From Candidatus Latescibacterota bacterium (GTDB lineage: Bacteria > Latescibacterota > UBA2968 > UBA8231), in NCBI GenBank assembly GCA_965208105.1, contig OZ242318.1, forward strand, positions 3,232,001 through 3,296,000: 64,000 bases of DNA. The letters run 5' to 3'. This document shows positions 40,680 through 50,159 of this stretch, in pieces. The first letter of the stretch is position 1. The number at the start of each line of letters is the position of its first letter. The translations under genes and the position numbers were made by a program. The notes beneath the pieces were generated by a model that was not told where the DNA came from, ran no database searches, and was given only the letters and a program-made list of their open reading frames with translations.

Positions 40680-41485
40680 GGGTTCAGTGAATCCCGAAGT
40701 GGTAGAAGACCGTATTTTTCCATGATGGATCGAGCCTGGGGGGTATTGACATAGGCGGCGAAACTGCGTGCCTCCGTCGGATGCGCCGAGGATCTTATCA
40801 CCGCCAGGGACTGGTAGGGAGGGCTGTAGAGATCCCCGGGAACCGCTACCCAGCGGCCCTTGCCCGGTCTGCACAGGGAGCGGGCGGCGAGGGCGGCGTC
40901 GACGTTGCCGCTTTCTGCATAGTGCATGGCCTGGCGCACGTTCCGGCCCATGACGAGTTTGTGCTGGAGCCGGTCCCAGAGACCGGCGCGCTGTAGTGCC
41001 TCGCGGGCAGCTATGCCATAGGGGGCGTGCACGGGGTTGGCCATGGCAAAGCGCTTGAGCTCCGGTCGCAGCAGGTCACCGAGGCTCTTCAATGGGAGCG
41101 GACTGTCCGGCCGAGACCAGATGACGAGCTGGCCGCGGCCAAAGCGAGTGACGGTGTCGGGTGCTATGAGGTCTTTGGCGGCAAGGGTGTCGATGTAGGC
41201 GGAACTGGCCGATGCAAAGAGGTCAACCGGGGCGCCTTGTTGGATCTGGTGGGTCAGCTTGCCGCTCGAGCCAAAGTTGCATATGACTCTGATTCCGCTT
41301 TGTTGCTCGAAAAGGGCGGAGAGTTCCTGAAATGCAATGGTGAGGCTGGTCGCAGCGGAGACGGTCAGGGTGGGGCTTGGGGCCGTGTGGTTGCGCGAAC
41401 AGCTGCAGGTGAGAAGAAATGGAAATAGGAGGATCAGGTACAGGTAGATTGTTCGGATGCTATGTAGATTCTCAGGCGGACACAT
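40676..41485 (-). CDS. modA: Molybdate ABC transporter substrate-binding lipoprotein
   Basis: VSAATSL, FGSSGKL, GAPVDLFASA, APYGIAA; start uncertain. Confidence 0.93.
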   Translation of the reverse strand: MCPPENLHSIRTIYLYLILLFPFLLTCSCSRNHTAPSPTLTVSAATSLTIAFQELSALFEQQSGIRVICNFGSSGKLTHQIQQGAPVDLFASASSAYIDTLAAKDLIAPDTVTRFGRGQLVIWSRPDSPLPLKSLGDLLRPELKRFAMANPVHAPYGIAAREALQRAGLWDRLQHKLVMGRNVRQAMHYAESGNVDAALAARSLCRPGKGRWVAVPGDLYSPPYQSLAVIRSSAHPTEARSFAAYVNTPQARSIMEKYGLLPLRDSLNP

Positions 41486-41885
41486 GGGAGTTGGAAACGC
41501 AATTGGAATTGGACTCTACGGCCTGCTCCGAAAGCCGATCCGGGGTTGACTGCAACGGAGGTGCTCCGCGGTTTGACTTGCAGTGAATTCCTCAATTGAA
41601 TCTACGTAAAATTTTCGCCTGCAGAAACCACGGGGAAGGCGGCAAAACCGGCGGCTCGGAAATCTCCGGGCGCCGTGATTCAGTCCATGTTCGAGGAGGG
41701 GAAACTGGGTCTGGTCTCAGGGAAAGTCAACGGCATACTCTCGGCGGCGCAAATGGGCTTTTCTCGAGTGGCTGGGAAAAGCTCGCCCTGATGTGCTCTG
41801 CATTCAGGGGTCACGAGGAGTGTTGACGGTGCGCAACGAGAGATTTACTTTGCTCGACGCGTATTTCCAAATGGCCGGAGGGACA

Positions 41886-42052
41886 CTAGTGCCTGCTTGC
41901 GTAAGTAAGCGTACGAACGAGGGCGCAGAAGCGCCCGGCTCGCAAGGCGCCTGAGCGAGTCGTACCTGGAGTGTACGGCGAGGGAGGGCAACGCCGCGAG
42001 CCGGGATGCAGCGGAGGCCGAATTCACGCGGAATTGCGCAAGCAGGCACTAG
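41886..42052. mobile_element. MITE-like element, copy 2, with near-perfect TIRs bounded by CTAG
   Basis: CTAG-tgcctgcttgcgtaa ... ttgcgcaagcaggca-CTAG (1 mismatch); internal hairpin cccggctcgc...gcgagccggg; non-coding. Confidence 0.8.
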
Positions 42053-42153
42053 ATGGAATCTTGCCGAGGTTTCTTGGATTGAACCGGCGGTGAGACTCGA
42101 GATGGGGTGCTGAAGGTGTGCTGCCGATCCCCCGTGAAGAACAGAGGCAATTG

Positions 42154-42552
42154 ATGATGAAACAGGTGATTGTCTACGACGGCGAGTGCCGTTTCTGTCT
42201 GTGGAGTGTGAGTCGGATCGAAAGACTCGACCGCCGGAGGCAATTCGAGTACCTGCCGCGCCAATGTCCGGAGGTGGAGCAGCGCTTCCCGTTTTTGGCC
42301 GATGCCGATTTCAACACCGGCCTGCGGCTGGTGGTTGACGGTGAGAATGTCTACGTCGGGGCCGATTCGGTGTACCAGATATATCGCCGCATACCGCCCT
42401 TCCATCTGGTCGCCTGGCTCTACCGATTGCCAATCCTGGACAGAATGGTGAAATGGTGCTACGCATTCATTGCCCGCAACCGCCATCGCTTCGGCAAGGT
42501 TGAATGTGACACTGGCACTTGCTCTCCAGTCAAATCTGCTTCCAGGACCTGA
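42154..42552 (+). CDS. DCC1-like thiol-disulfide oxidoreductase (DUF393)
   Basis: IVYDGECRFC (DxxCxxC), YAFIARNRHRF. Confidence 0.9.
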   Translation: MMKQVIVYDGECRFCLWSVSRIERLDRRRQFEYLPRQCPEVEQRFPFLADADFNTGLRLVVDGENVYVGADSVYQIYRRIPPFHLVAWLYRLPILDRMVKWCYAFIARNRHRFGKVECDTGTCSPVKSASRT

Positions 42553-42652
42553 GGTCCCCCGAGGGAACCCCCGTTGGTTTGCCGCCATCCGAAAATTTGA
42601 TCACGCCCTTCGATCCGGCGCGAAAGTTCCGGAACTCTCCTGCTGACAAGCC

Positions 42653-44290
42653 TCACCATCCGAGGGCATAGCCGTCCCGCCTGGGGTCCGCACCACCCAT
42701 GAAGGATCCTGTGTCTGCGTCGACGGCGATGCCTTGACCGCCTCCCAACATGGCGGACCAATCTCCCACCAGGTTGAATTGGTGGCCCATGCTTTGCATC
42801 TCTTCAATAACCCCGGGGGAGATACGTGTCTCTGCGTCGATCGTGTAACCGGGAGAGGTGATTTTTGCTCGCGCGGCCTCAATGGCCGCCTGGATGTTCA
42901 TGGAGTGGTCGAGGAAATTCATAATCATCTGCGGTGTTGTCTGCAGGATGCCGTAGCTGCCCGGAGTTCCTATGAGAAGGCGCAGGCCGTAGTCGTCCCA
43001 GATTTGGACGGGGGACATGCACATTTCGTTCTTCTTGGATGGTCCTATGGCATTGGGGCTGCGGGGTTCCAAATCGAACCAGTTCATGAAGTTGTTCAAG
43101 GCGATACCGGTGCCGGGCACGACCATGCCGGAGCCGAAGGCCGAGCCCAGGCTTTGGGTCACCGCGACGGCATTCCCGGCGGAATCGATCGCATCGAAGT
43201 GGGTCGTGCACTCGGTGGTCATCCATGCATAGGGGTCGCCGGCAAGCACCTCTCCCGGCATTTTGACAGCCGTGTAGCGCTCGCCGCCGCCGGGCTGGGC
43301 GCGGCTGCCGATCAGTTGGCGCCGGGCGTTGGCGAATTTCTTGGAGAGGAGGCCTGCCGCAGGTGGGTCCGGTATGGCCGCGAACTCGGCCCGGTCGGCT
43401 GTGGCCAGCTTGGCCGCTTCGATGAAGCGGTGAAGAGTCGCGCTGGAGTTGTGGCCCATTTCGCCCACATCGAACCCCTCCATGATGTTGAGGATTTCCA
43501 GATACTGGACGGCCTGGCAAGGGGGTGGAGGGGCATAGATCCGGTAGCCGCGGTAGTCGGTGCAGACAGGTTCGAGCCAGGCTGGCTGGAATGATGAGAG
43601 GTCTTCGCTGCCGAGGAGGCCGCCGGCCTCGGCCATATGGCGGCAGATGCGGGCGGAGATCTCTCCCTGGTAGAAGATTTCGGGGCCCTCCGCCGCAACG
43701 AGGCGCAGGGTACGCGCAAGGTCCTGTTGCCGCAGCACTTCGCCGGGCCTCGGCGGCTTGCCGTCGAAGAGATAGTTGGAAGCTGAGGAAGAGTGAGCCA
43801 GGAGGAGGTGCAGCTGCTGCTCGAAGAATTCGCTGTTCTTAACCGTCAGGGCAAAGCCCTGTTCGGCATACTCGATGGCCGGTGCAAAGACGGTGGCGGC
43901 GTCCATGCTGCCGTAGCATTCAAGGGCCTCGAGCCAGCCGCCACAGGCGCCGGGCACTATGGGCGAAAGTGGACCGCGCAGCTCGTTTTCCGTCGGCTCG
44001 TAGAGTTTCAGGTCCGCAGACCCGGGTGTCAGTCCAATGTAGTCGAGCACTTTGTGCTCGTTGCGGGCGGCACTGTAGATGTGCATGTAGCCAATTCCGC
44101 CGATGCCGGACATGTAGGGCTCGACCACGTTGAGGGCGGCGGCGGTGCCCACGGCTGCGTCTATGGCGTTTCCGCCCTGTACGAGGATGCGCAGACCGGC
44201 TGCGGAGGCGAGAGGATGAGCGGAGGCGACCATTCCGCGCCGTCCGGTCACTGTCGATCGATGCGCCGTCCCCTGCACGGAGAAGGCCAT
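42653..44290 (-). CDS. ggt: Gamma-glutamyltransferase family protein (no signal peptide)
   Basis: GMVASAHPLAS, GGNAIDAA, nucleophile region TTHFDAID, LGSAFGSG, GTPGS, ADPRRDG. Confidence 0.93.
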   Translation of the reverse strand: MAFSVQGTAHRSTVTGRRGMVASAHPLASAAGLRILVQGGNAIDAAVGTAAALNVVEPYMSGIGGIGYMHIYSAARNEHKVLDYIGLTPGSADLKLYEPTENELRGPLSPIVPGACGGWLEALECYGSMDAATVFAPAIEYAEQGFALTVKNSEFFEQQLHLLLAHSSSASNYLFDGKPPRPGEVLRQQDLARTLRLVAAEGPEIFYQGEISARICRHMAEAGGLLGSEDLSSFQPAWLEPVCTDYRGYRIYAPPPPCQAVQYLEILNIMEGFDVGEMGHNSSATLHRFIEAAKLATADRAEFAAIPDPPAAGLLSKKFANARRQLIGSRAQPGGGERYTAVKMPGEVLAGDPYAWMTTECTTHFDAIDSAGNAVAVTQSLGSAFGSGMVVPGTGIALNNFMNWFDLEPRSPNAIGPSKKNEMCMSPVQIWDDYGLRLLIGTPGSYGILQTTPQMIMNFLDHSMNIQAAIEAARAKITSPGYTIDAETRISPGVIEEMQSMGHQFNLVGDWSAMLGGGQGIAVDADTGSFMGGADPRRDGYALGW

Positions 44291-44386
44291 TGGACAGATC
44301 TCCTTTCGGGATATAGGTTTTCGCAAAGCATAAGTGAGTAAATCGCAAAGGTCAAGTACTCCTGACCAGAGGCGGGAGGGAAATTC

Positions 44387-45430
44387 ATGTCAGGAAAAAT
44401 CGTGGATCTGAGAAGCGATACCATCACCTTGCCGACGCGGGAAATGATGGAGGCCATGGCTCGGGCTCCGCTGGGTGATGATGTTTACAACGAAGATCCC
44501 ACCGTCAACCGGTTGCAGGAATTGGCGGCCGCAAAGATGGGGATGGAAGCCGCTCTCTACGTCCCCAGCGGGACCATGGGGAATACCTGCGCCCTGCTGG
44601 CCCACACCTTTCCGGGACAGGAGGTCGTCTTTGAAGAGTTTTCCCATATGTACAGGTTTGAATCCGGGGCATATGCCAACATTGCCGGATTGTCCGCCCG
44701 CCTCGTCAAGGGCCGTCACGGCATTATCCGCCCCGAACAGCTGCAGGAATGCATCGAGGGATGCGGCGCGCGTTTTTCTGAACTGAGGTTGGTGTGCATT
44801 GAAAACACCTATAACTTCAGCGGGGGCTCGGCCTGGACGCCCGGAGAGGTGGAAGCCGTTTCCGAGGTGGCAAGGAGAAACAACCTGAAGCTGCACGCGG
44901 ACGGGGCGCGCATTTTCAATGCTGCCGTGGCTCTCGGCGTGGATGTGAAGGCTTATTCGCGGCATCTGGATTCGATAATGTTTTGTCTTTCGAAGTCCCT
45001 GAGCGCCCCGGTGGGGTCGTTGTTGTGCGGTAGCCGCGCGTTTATCGATAGAGCTTGCCAAATGCGCAGGCGCCTGGGCGGTGCCATGCGCCAGGCTGGT
45101 GTGTTGGCCGCGGCCGGAATCGTGGCTCTCGAAAAAATGGTAGACCGTCTGGCTGAAGATCACGAGAAGGCGAGGTTGCTTCGCGAAGGGTTGCAAGCCA
45201 TTGATGGGCTCGAGTTGTCCATTCCTCCCGTATCGACCAATATGGTCATAGTGGACGTGAAGAAGCTGGGCTGGAGTTCCGAGGACCTGTGTGCAAAGTG
45301 GAAGGCCTGCGGCATTCTGGGCGTTATGCGGCCCCCTACCCGGTGCCGCCTGGTTGCCCACAGGCATACTACCATGGAAGAGGTTGACTACGTGGTAGAA
45401 AGTACGAGCAGGCTGGTCAGTGCAGGGTGA
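44387..45430 (+). CDS. ltaE: Low-specificity L-threonine aldolase
   Basis: DLRSDT, GDDVYNEDPT, SGTMGN, DGARIFNA, CLSKSLSAPVGS. Confidence 0.93.
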   Translation: MSGKIVDLRSDTITLPTREMMEAMARAPLGDDVYNEDPTVNRLQELAAAKMGMEAALYVPSGTMGNTCALLAHTFPGQEVVFEEFSHMYRFESGAYANIAGLSARLVKGRHGIIRPEQLQECIEGCGARFSELRLVCIENTYNFSGGSAWTPGEVEAVSEVARRNNLKLHADGARIFNAAVALGVDVKAYSRHLDSIMFCLSKSLSAPVGSLLCGSRAFIDRACQMRRRLGGAMRQAGVLAAAGIVALEKMVDRLAEDHEKARLLREGLQAIDGLELSIPPVSTNMVIVDVKKLGWSSEDLCAKWKACGILGVMRPPTRCRLVAHRHTTMEEVDYVVESTSRLVSAG

Positions 45431-45535
45431 TCCTTGATGTGAGTCCCGGACGAAATGTCCTGTAGAGGCGGGGTGCCTCGCCGTCGGGGGCCATTCAATC
45501 AACCGGGTAGAGATCTTATCGGGTCAGTTTTCGAG

Positions 45536-48004
45536 ATGAAGGGATATGGACCAGGCCGGCTTCGAATGGGAAGTCTGGCTGTTTTTTTAGGTTTGGCCGT
45601 CGGTGTATGGACCTTGATGGAAGGAGCCGGCCGGTGGGAGGTGCGGGCCGCTGCGGGGGCAGCAGGAGGTAATTTGAAGAATGCGGATGGGTCGTGGAAG
45701 TACACCAACAACCTCGCCGGCGAGACCAGTCCATATTTGCTGCTCCACGCGCACAATCCGGTGAAGTGGTATCCCTGGGGAGCGGAGGCCCTAAACCGGG
45801 CCCGCAGGGAGAACATGCCCATCTTTCTCTCCGTTGGGTATTCCACCTGTTACTGGTGCCACGTAATGGAGCGGCTGGTCTTCTCTGACGAGGAAATCGC
45901 CGCCTTGATGAACGAGTGGTTCGTCAACATAAAGGTGGACCGGGAGGAGCGGCCGGATATAGATCAGATCTATATGAACGCCACCTATCTCATCAGCGGC
46001 CACGGAGGCTGGCCGAACTCGGTCTTTCTGACCCCGAACCTCGAGCCGTTTTTTGCCGGGACCTATTTCCCGCCGGAGGATTCGCAGCGTCTGCCGGGTT
46101 TTCCGCGCGTCCTGAAGGCTGTGCACAGTGCCTGGAATGATCGCCGCAAGGAGGTCCTGGAGATGGCCGCGCAGATGGTGTCGGAGATACGCCGCCTGGA
46201 GGAAGGAGAGCAGGGCCTGGCCGTGGAATTCGATCCGGAGGTGGCGAACCAGGCCCTCGGCAGGATAATGGAACTCTACGATGGGCGCAGTGGTGGCTTT
46301 GGAGGCGCGCCCAAATTCCCTCCCAGCATAAGGCTGGAGTTTTTGCTCTCCGCCTGGGAGGAAAGAGGAGACGAGCGCGTCCGCGAGATCGTTTCCCACA
46401 CCCTCGATGCCATGGCCCAAGGCGGCATTTACGATCAGGTGGGGGGTGGATTCCACAGGTATTCGACCGATGCTCGATGGCAGATTCCGCACTTTGAGAA
46501 AATGCTTTACAACCAGGCCCAGCTTGCCCGGACCTACCTGCGCGGATATCGAATTACCGGGGCGGAGCCATGGCGGCGCGTGGCCGAGGAAATTTTCGAG
46601 TTCGTGCGCCGCGAGATGACCTCGGAAGCCGGGTCCTTTCATTCCGCCCTGGATGCAGAAACGGAGGCGGTGGAAGGGAAATACTACCTGTGGACGGCGA
46701 AGGAGATCGAAGAGGCGCTGGCAGAGGAGGCCAGGCTGTTCTTCGAAGTCTACGAGTTGGCTCCAATGCCCGAGGAGGAGGGTGGAGTAATCTGCATGAA
46801 AAGGTCCCTGGAGGAGGCAGCCAAGGGCCTGGGGATGGATTCGGCCGCCCTCCGAAGCGAGGTAGAGATTTTGATGGGCCGTCTGCTGAATGTCCGCTCA
46901 AGGCGAACCTATCCGCTGCTGGACGACAAGGTGTTGACTGCGTGGAACGGCATGATGATAGATGCCTACTCCATGGGGTACGGAATCCTGCGGGAGCCAG
47001 CCTACCTTGGCGCGGCCGTTGCGGCGGCCGAGTTCGTCCTGGAGAATCTGCGGATGCCTGACGGCAGTTTGAAGCGGGTGTACCGCCTGGGACAGGCAAG
47101 GTACGATGCTTATCTGGAGGATTATGCCTACTTCTCTCAAGGACTTTTCAGTCTCTACCGGACCACCGGAGAGGAGCGCTGGCTGAAGGCCGGACGCGGG
47201 CTCGTCGACCAGATGATAAGGAGGTTCTGGGACGAGGAAGAAGGAGGGTTCTTCTTTGCGGAAGGCGGCGCGGACCTCATCGTGCGCAGCAAGAACGCCA
47301 GGGATTCGGCCCTGCCTGCGGCCAACGCCGTGGCCGTGCACTGCCTGCTGGATCTGGCGCGGTGGACGGATGAGGAAATTTATATGGAAAAGGCGCGGAA
47401 GACCCTTTTCGCCTTTGGTGGAATGATGAGAAACCGTCCGTCCAGCTTCATTCACATGATCGCCGCAGCAGATAAACTGATTGCAGGAAAAGTGGTTGAG
47501 CCAGATAATGCAGCGATGGACGGGCTGCCACCCGTGGAGGTGATTGGACTGCCACCTGCAGCTGTGATTCCCCCGCAGAATCTGGTCGATGCCCGGGTGG
47601 TTCTCTCAGAGGAGAGGCCGGCAGCGGGTCAGAATTTCAATATTGCGGTCCACCTCGATATCAGCGCAGGTTGGCACATCAACGCCCACCCCGCATCCGA
47701 TGAAATGCTCATTCCTACCTCGCTCACCCTGAACGCGGACCTTCCCATGGAAATAGTCGATGTAGTATATCCGCCATCCGAACCGCTCTACCTGGCGGCC
47801 CTGGGTGATACCCTCGAGGTGTACAAGGATCAGGTCGTCCTGCGCGCGGACCTGCGGATGAAGGAGGAAGCGGTAGGCGGACAGAAGGGTGAGTTGCGTC
47901 TGCTGGTGCAGTACCAGGCCTGCGACGAGATGCGCTGTTTACCCCCGGCCGAGCTGGACAGGGCGATAGTCGTGGAGGTGGCGGCCGAGGGGAGTGGACC
48001 TTAA
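45536..48004 (+). CDS. DUF255/YyaL (thioredoxin + glycoside-hydrolase-like) protein fused to a C-terminal DsbD-N-like domain, with N-terminal signal/anchor
   Basis: [45 protein letters not shown]; C-terminal GWHIN...[12 protein letters not shown]; start uncertain. Confidence 0.88.
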   Translation: MKGYGPGRLRMGSLAVFLGLAVGVWTLMEGAGRWEVRAAAGAAGGNLKNADGSWKYTNNLAGETSPYLLLHAHNPVKWYPWGAEALNRARRENMPIFLSVGYSTCYWCHVMERLVFSDEEIAALMNEWFVNIKVDREERPDIDQIYMNATYLISGHGGWPNSVFLTPNLEPFFAGTYFPPEDSQRLPGFPRVLKAVHSAWNDRRKEVLEMAAQMVSEIRRLEEGEQGLAVEFDPEVANQALGRIMELYDGRSGGFGGAPKFPPSIRLEFLLSAWEERGDERVREIVSHTLDAMAQGGIYDQVGGGFHRYSTDARWQIPHFEKMLYNQAQLARTYLRGYRITGAEPWRRVAEEIFEFVRREMTSEAGSFHSALDAETEAVEGKYYLWTAKEIEEALAEEARLFFEVYELAPMPEEEGGVICMKRSLEEAAKGLGMDSAALRSEVEILMGRLLNVRSRRTYPLLDDKVLTAWNGMMIDAYSMGYGILREPAYLGAAVAAAEFVLENLRMPDGSLKRVYRLGQARYDAYLEDYAYFSQGLFSLYRTTGEERWLKAGRGLVDQMIRRFWDEEEGGFFFAEGGADLIVRSKNARDSALPAANAVAVHCLLDLARWTDEEIYMEKARKTLFAFGGMMRNRPSSFIHMIAAADKLIAGKVVEPDNAAMDGLPPVEVIGLPPAAVIPPQNLVDARVVLSEERPAAGQNFNIAVHLDISAGWHINAHPASDEMLIPTSLTLNADLPMEIVDVVYPPSEPLYLAALGDTLEVYKDQVVLRADLRMKEEAVGGQKGELRLLVQYQACDEMRCLPPAELDRAIVVEVAAEGSGP

Positions 48005-48005
48005 A

Positions 48006-48061
48006 AGCCCGTTGAAAAAGTCCATCCGGCCTCGCCTGCAGAGCAACTTTATCAACGGGCT
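48006..48061. repeat. 16-bp inverted repeat between convergent genes (mini-MITE/IS-end remnant or bidirectional terminator)
   Basis: agcccgttgaaaaagt ... actttatcaacgggct (1 mismatch), 24-nt spacer. Confidence 0.6.
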
Positions 48062-48117
48062 GTCAGGGCAGCCAGGCCGTGGAATCAGGCCCCCGGCAAA
48101 GGCGCCCCAGATTATAG

Positions 48118-49164
48118 TTACGTCAGTTGCCCTGCGCAGGAACTGCCGGATCCGGCAGTGCAGCCATAGCAGTGATCGGCAAGCGCAATGGGGCCTTGGT
48201 TGAATATATCAAGGGAATCTGTGGACCAGATAGTACGGGGCTCGTTGGCTGCGGGGATCTCCGCCATCTGGTTGAAGTCGCAGTCGTAGATCCGGCCATC
48301 CCAGCCTATGGAGATGAGGTCGCGGCACATGACGTTTTCCAGGGCCCTGGTGTTGAAGTGGCTGACCATCATGGTCATATACTCCTCGAGCCTGTTCATG
48401 TGCACGAGGTCATAGAGGAAACGCTTGATCGGCATATTGGCGATGGTGAAGAGTTTGTTGAACTCGATGCCGAAGTCCTCCAGAAGTTTTCCCTTGTAGT
48501 CCCTTTCCAGTTCCTCCTGGTCCGGGGGCAAAAAAGGCCCCACCGGATTGTAGACGAGGTTGAGGATGAGCCCCGTGTCCGGTTTGCCGTATCCCAGGCT
48601 GTTGAGGAGGTGAAGGGCCCTGATGCTCTTGGCGAACACCCCCTGGCCGCGCTGTCTCTCCACGTTGTCCCTGGAATAGCAGGGCAGGGATGCTACGATC
48701 TCGACCTGGTGGTCCCTCAACAATTGAGCGGTATCACCCTGCCCGGGCTCGAGGAGGACGGTTAGATTGCAGCGGTCGATTACCTTCAGACCCCGGCCCC
48801 TTGCTTCCCTGACCAGGTAGGGGAATACCGGATTGAGTTCGGGAGCGCCTCCCGTGAGATCCACGGTTTCCAGGTGTTCGCCGCCGGAGGCATCCAGGAG
48901 TTCCACGATGCGCCCGGCGGTTTCCGGGCTCATTTGCTCCTTGCGCAGAGGGCTGGCTTCGACATGGCAATGCCGGCAGGTCTGATTGCACCGCATGCCG
49001 ACATTGACCTGGAGGACGCGCAGAACTCGGCGTCGAAGGGACAACCGGTTCCGGGCGAGGGTATGGGAAAACGACGGCCAACTGCCGGTGAGCAGATGTC
49101 TGGATGACCCGGGCGTCTCAGTGTTGGTCCGCGGCAGTGTCTGGGACATAATGACTTTGACCAT
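48118..49164 (-). CDS. arsS: Radical SAM protein, ArsS/DUF3641 family
   Basis: CNQTCRHCH (CxxxCxxC), DLTGGAPE, IDRCNLT, YDCDFNQ, C-terminal HCYGCTAGSGSSC. Confidence 0.9.
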   Translation of the reverse strand: MVKVIMSQTLPRTNTETPGSSRHLLTGSWPSFSHTLARNRLSLRRRVLRVLQVNVGMRCNQTCRHCHVEASPLRKEQMSPETAGRIVELLDASGGEHLETVDLTGGAPELNPVFPYLVREARGRGLKVIDRCNLTVLLEPGQGDTAQLLRDHQVEIVASLPCYSRDNVERQRGQGVFAKSIRALHLLNSLGYGKPDTGLILNLVYNPVGPFLPPDQEELERDYKGKLLEDFGIEFNKLFTIANMPIKRFLYDLVHMNRLEEYMTMMVSHFNTRALENVMCRDLISIGWDGRIYDCDFNQMAEIPAANEPRTIWSTDSLDIFNQGPIALADHCYGCTAGSGSSCAGQLT

Positions 49165-49217
49165 GGAGGAAGACGCAGAAGGATACCATCATTGATGCCT
49201 CGTGGCAAGGATCTCCC

Positions 49218-50150
49218 TCACCACATTCTCCGGAGCATTCCAGTGAAGACCAGGCTCAGGGAGTAAGAGGTTCCGCTCAGGGAATTTTTCCCGGCTGCCA
49301 CGTGGAAGGCATCTCCCTGCAGCGCGAGCCCGTTCCCCAGGGAATACACCAACCCCGGATTCAATTTGAGTGCGTTCTGGTCGCCAATTACCAGGTCGGG
49401 CAGTACCCCTCCGCCTCCTGGAAGGGGAGTGACCACCGTACTGCCCGCAATGTCGGGAGGCTCGGAGGTGTTGTCGATTCCGTGGATATTGAACTTGAAG
49501 AGCGCAGGTCCTGAAGTGAATCCCACTTCGGATGTATAGACGATTTCATCGTTCAGCGTGCCCCCGCGCCGGCGGTAGCCGAGGCCGGCCGTCAGGTAGA
49601 GGGGCAGTGGATGAAGGCTTTTCCCCACCAACAGATGTGCTTCGGCATCCACTTTGGAAGTGCCGAGGGAGGGACCACCACTCGCCGGTACCATCTCATA
49701 TCCCAGTGGAAGCTTGATCCCGCTCTGAACCGAAAAAACCACGGGTTCCGTGCCCAGAATGTGGCGGAGGGAAATGGTCAAATCTCCAGGGCCGAAGGTC
49801 CTGAGTGTTTCCTTGTGTTCGAGAAGACCTCCTCCGAACAGGACAATGCGCTCCGAGGTCAGGCCTTTGTAAGGAAGTGAGGCGACCGCCGTCAAGCGCT
49901 CGGTCCAGCCGTATTCCAGATAGAGGTTCAGGTTGATATCGCGGAACGAGGCACCATGGAAGGCAGTCCTCTCCTCCAGGATATTCCGGCGCCTGCCGAG
50001 GTGATCGAACTCCTCGGTGGTAGAAAAAAAGGAGGAGGTCAACTTCAAATAAAAAGCGTTCTTGTTTTGGACCCAGGCTCCAGCATGAGCGTGGCCAACC
50101 AGGAGGAGAAAGACTGGGATCAGCACGCTCGAATTCGGCACCATGCACAC
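49218..50150 (-). CDS. Exported protein, putative outer-membrane beta-barrel
   Basis: Signal peptide (AHA-GAW), YLEYG, alternating aromatic beta-strands (LYLTAGLGY, YSLSLVF). Confidence 0.6.
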   Translation of the reverse strand: MCMVPNSSVLIPVFLLLVGHAHAGAWVQNKNAFYLKLTSSFFSTTEEFDHLGRRRNILEERTAFHGASFRDINLNLYLEYGWTERLTAVASLPYKGLTSERIVLFGGGLLEHKETLRTFGPGDLTISLRHILGTEPVVFSVQSGIKLPLGYEMVPASGGPSLGTSKVDAEAHLLVGKSLHPLPLYLTAGLGYRRRGGTLNDEIVYTSEVGFTSGPALFKFNIHGIDNTSEPPDIAGSTVVTPLPGGGGVLPDLVIGDQNALKLNPGLVYSLGNGLALQGDAFHVAAGKNSLSGTSYSLSLVFTGMLRRMW

Positions 50151-50159
50151 GCCCTGACT

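Noticed and set aside
41486-41885. Moco/Tuco riboswitch or ModE box upstream of modA
   Set aside because: Expected from context, but I could not match the consensus. The similar-looking cctccggccatttggaaa is better explained as an element end. An Infernal search with the Rfam MOCO_RNA_motif model would decide.
48118-49164. ArsS as a second selenoprotein
   Set aside because: The family includes Sec members, but this copy reads through with Cys (GSSC) and ends at TAA
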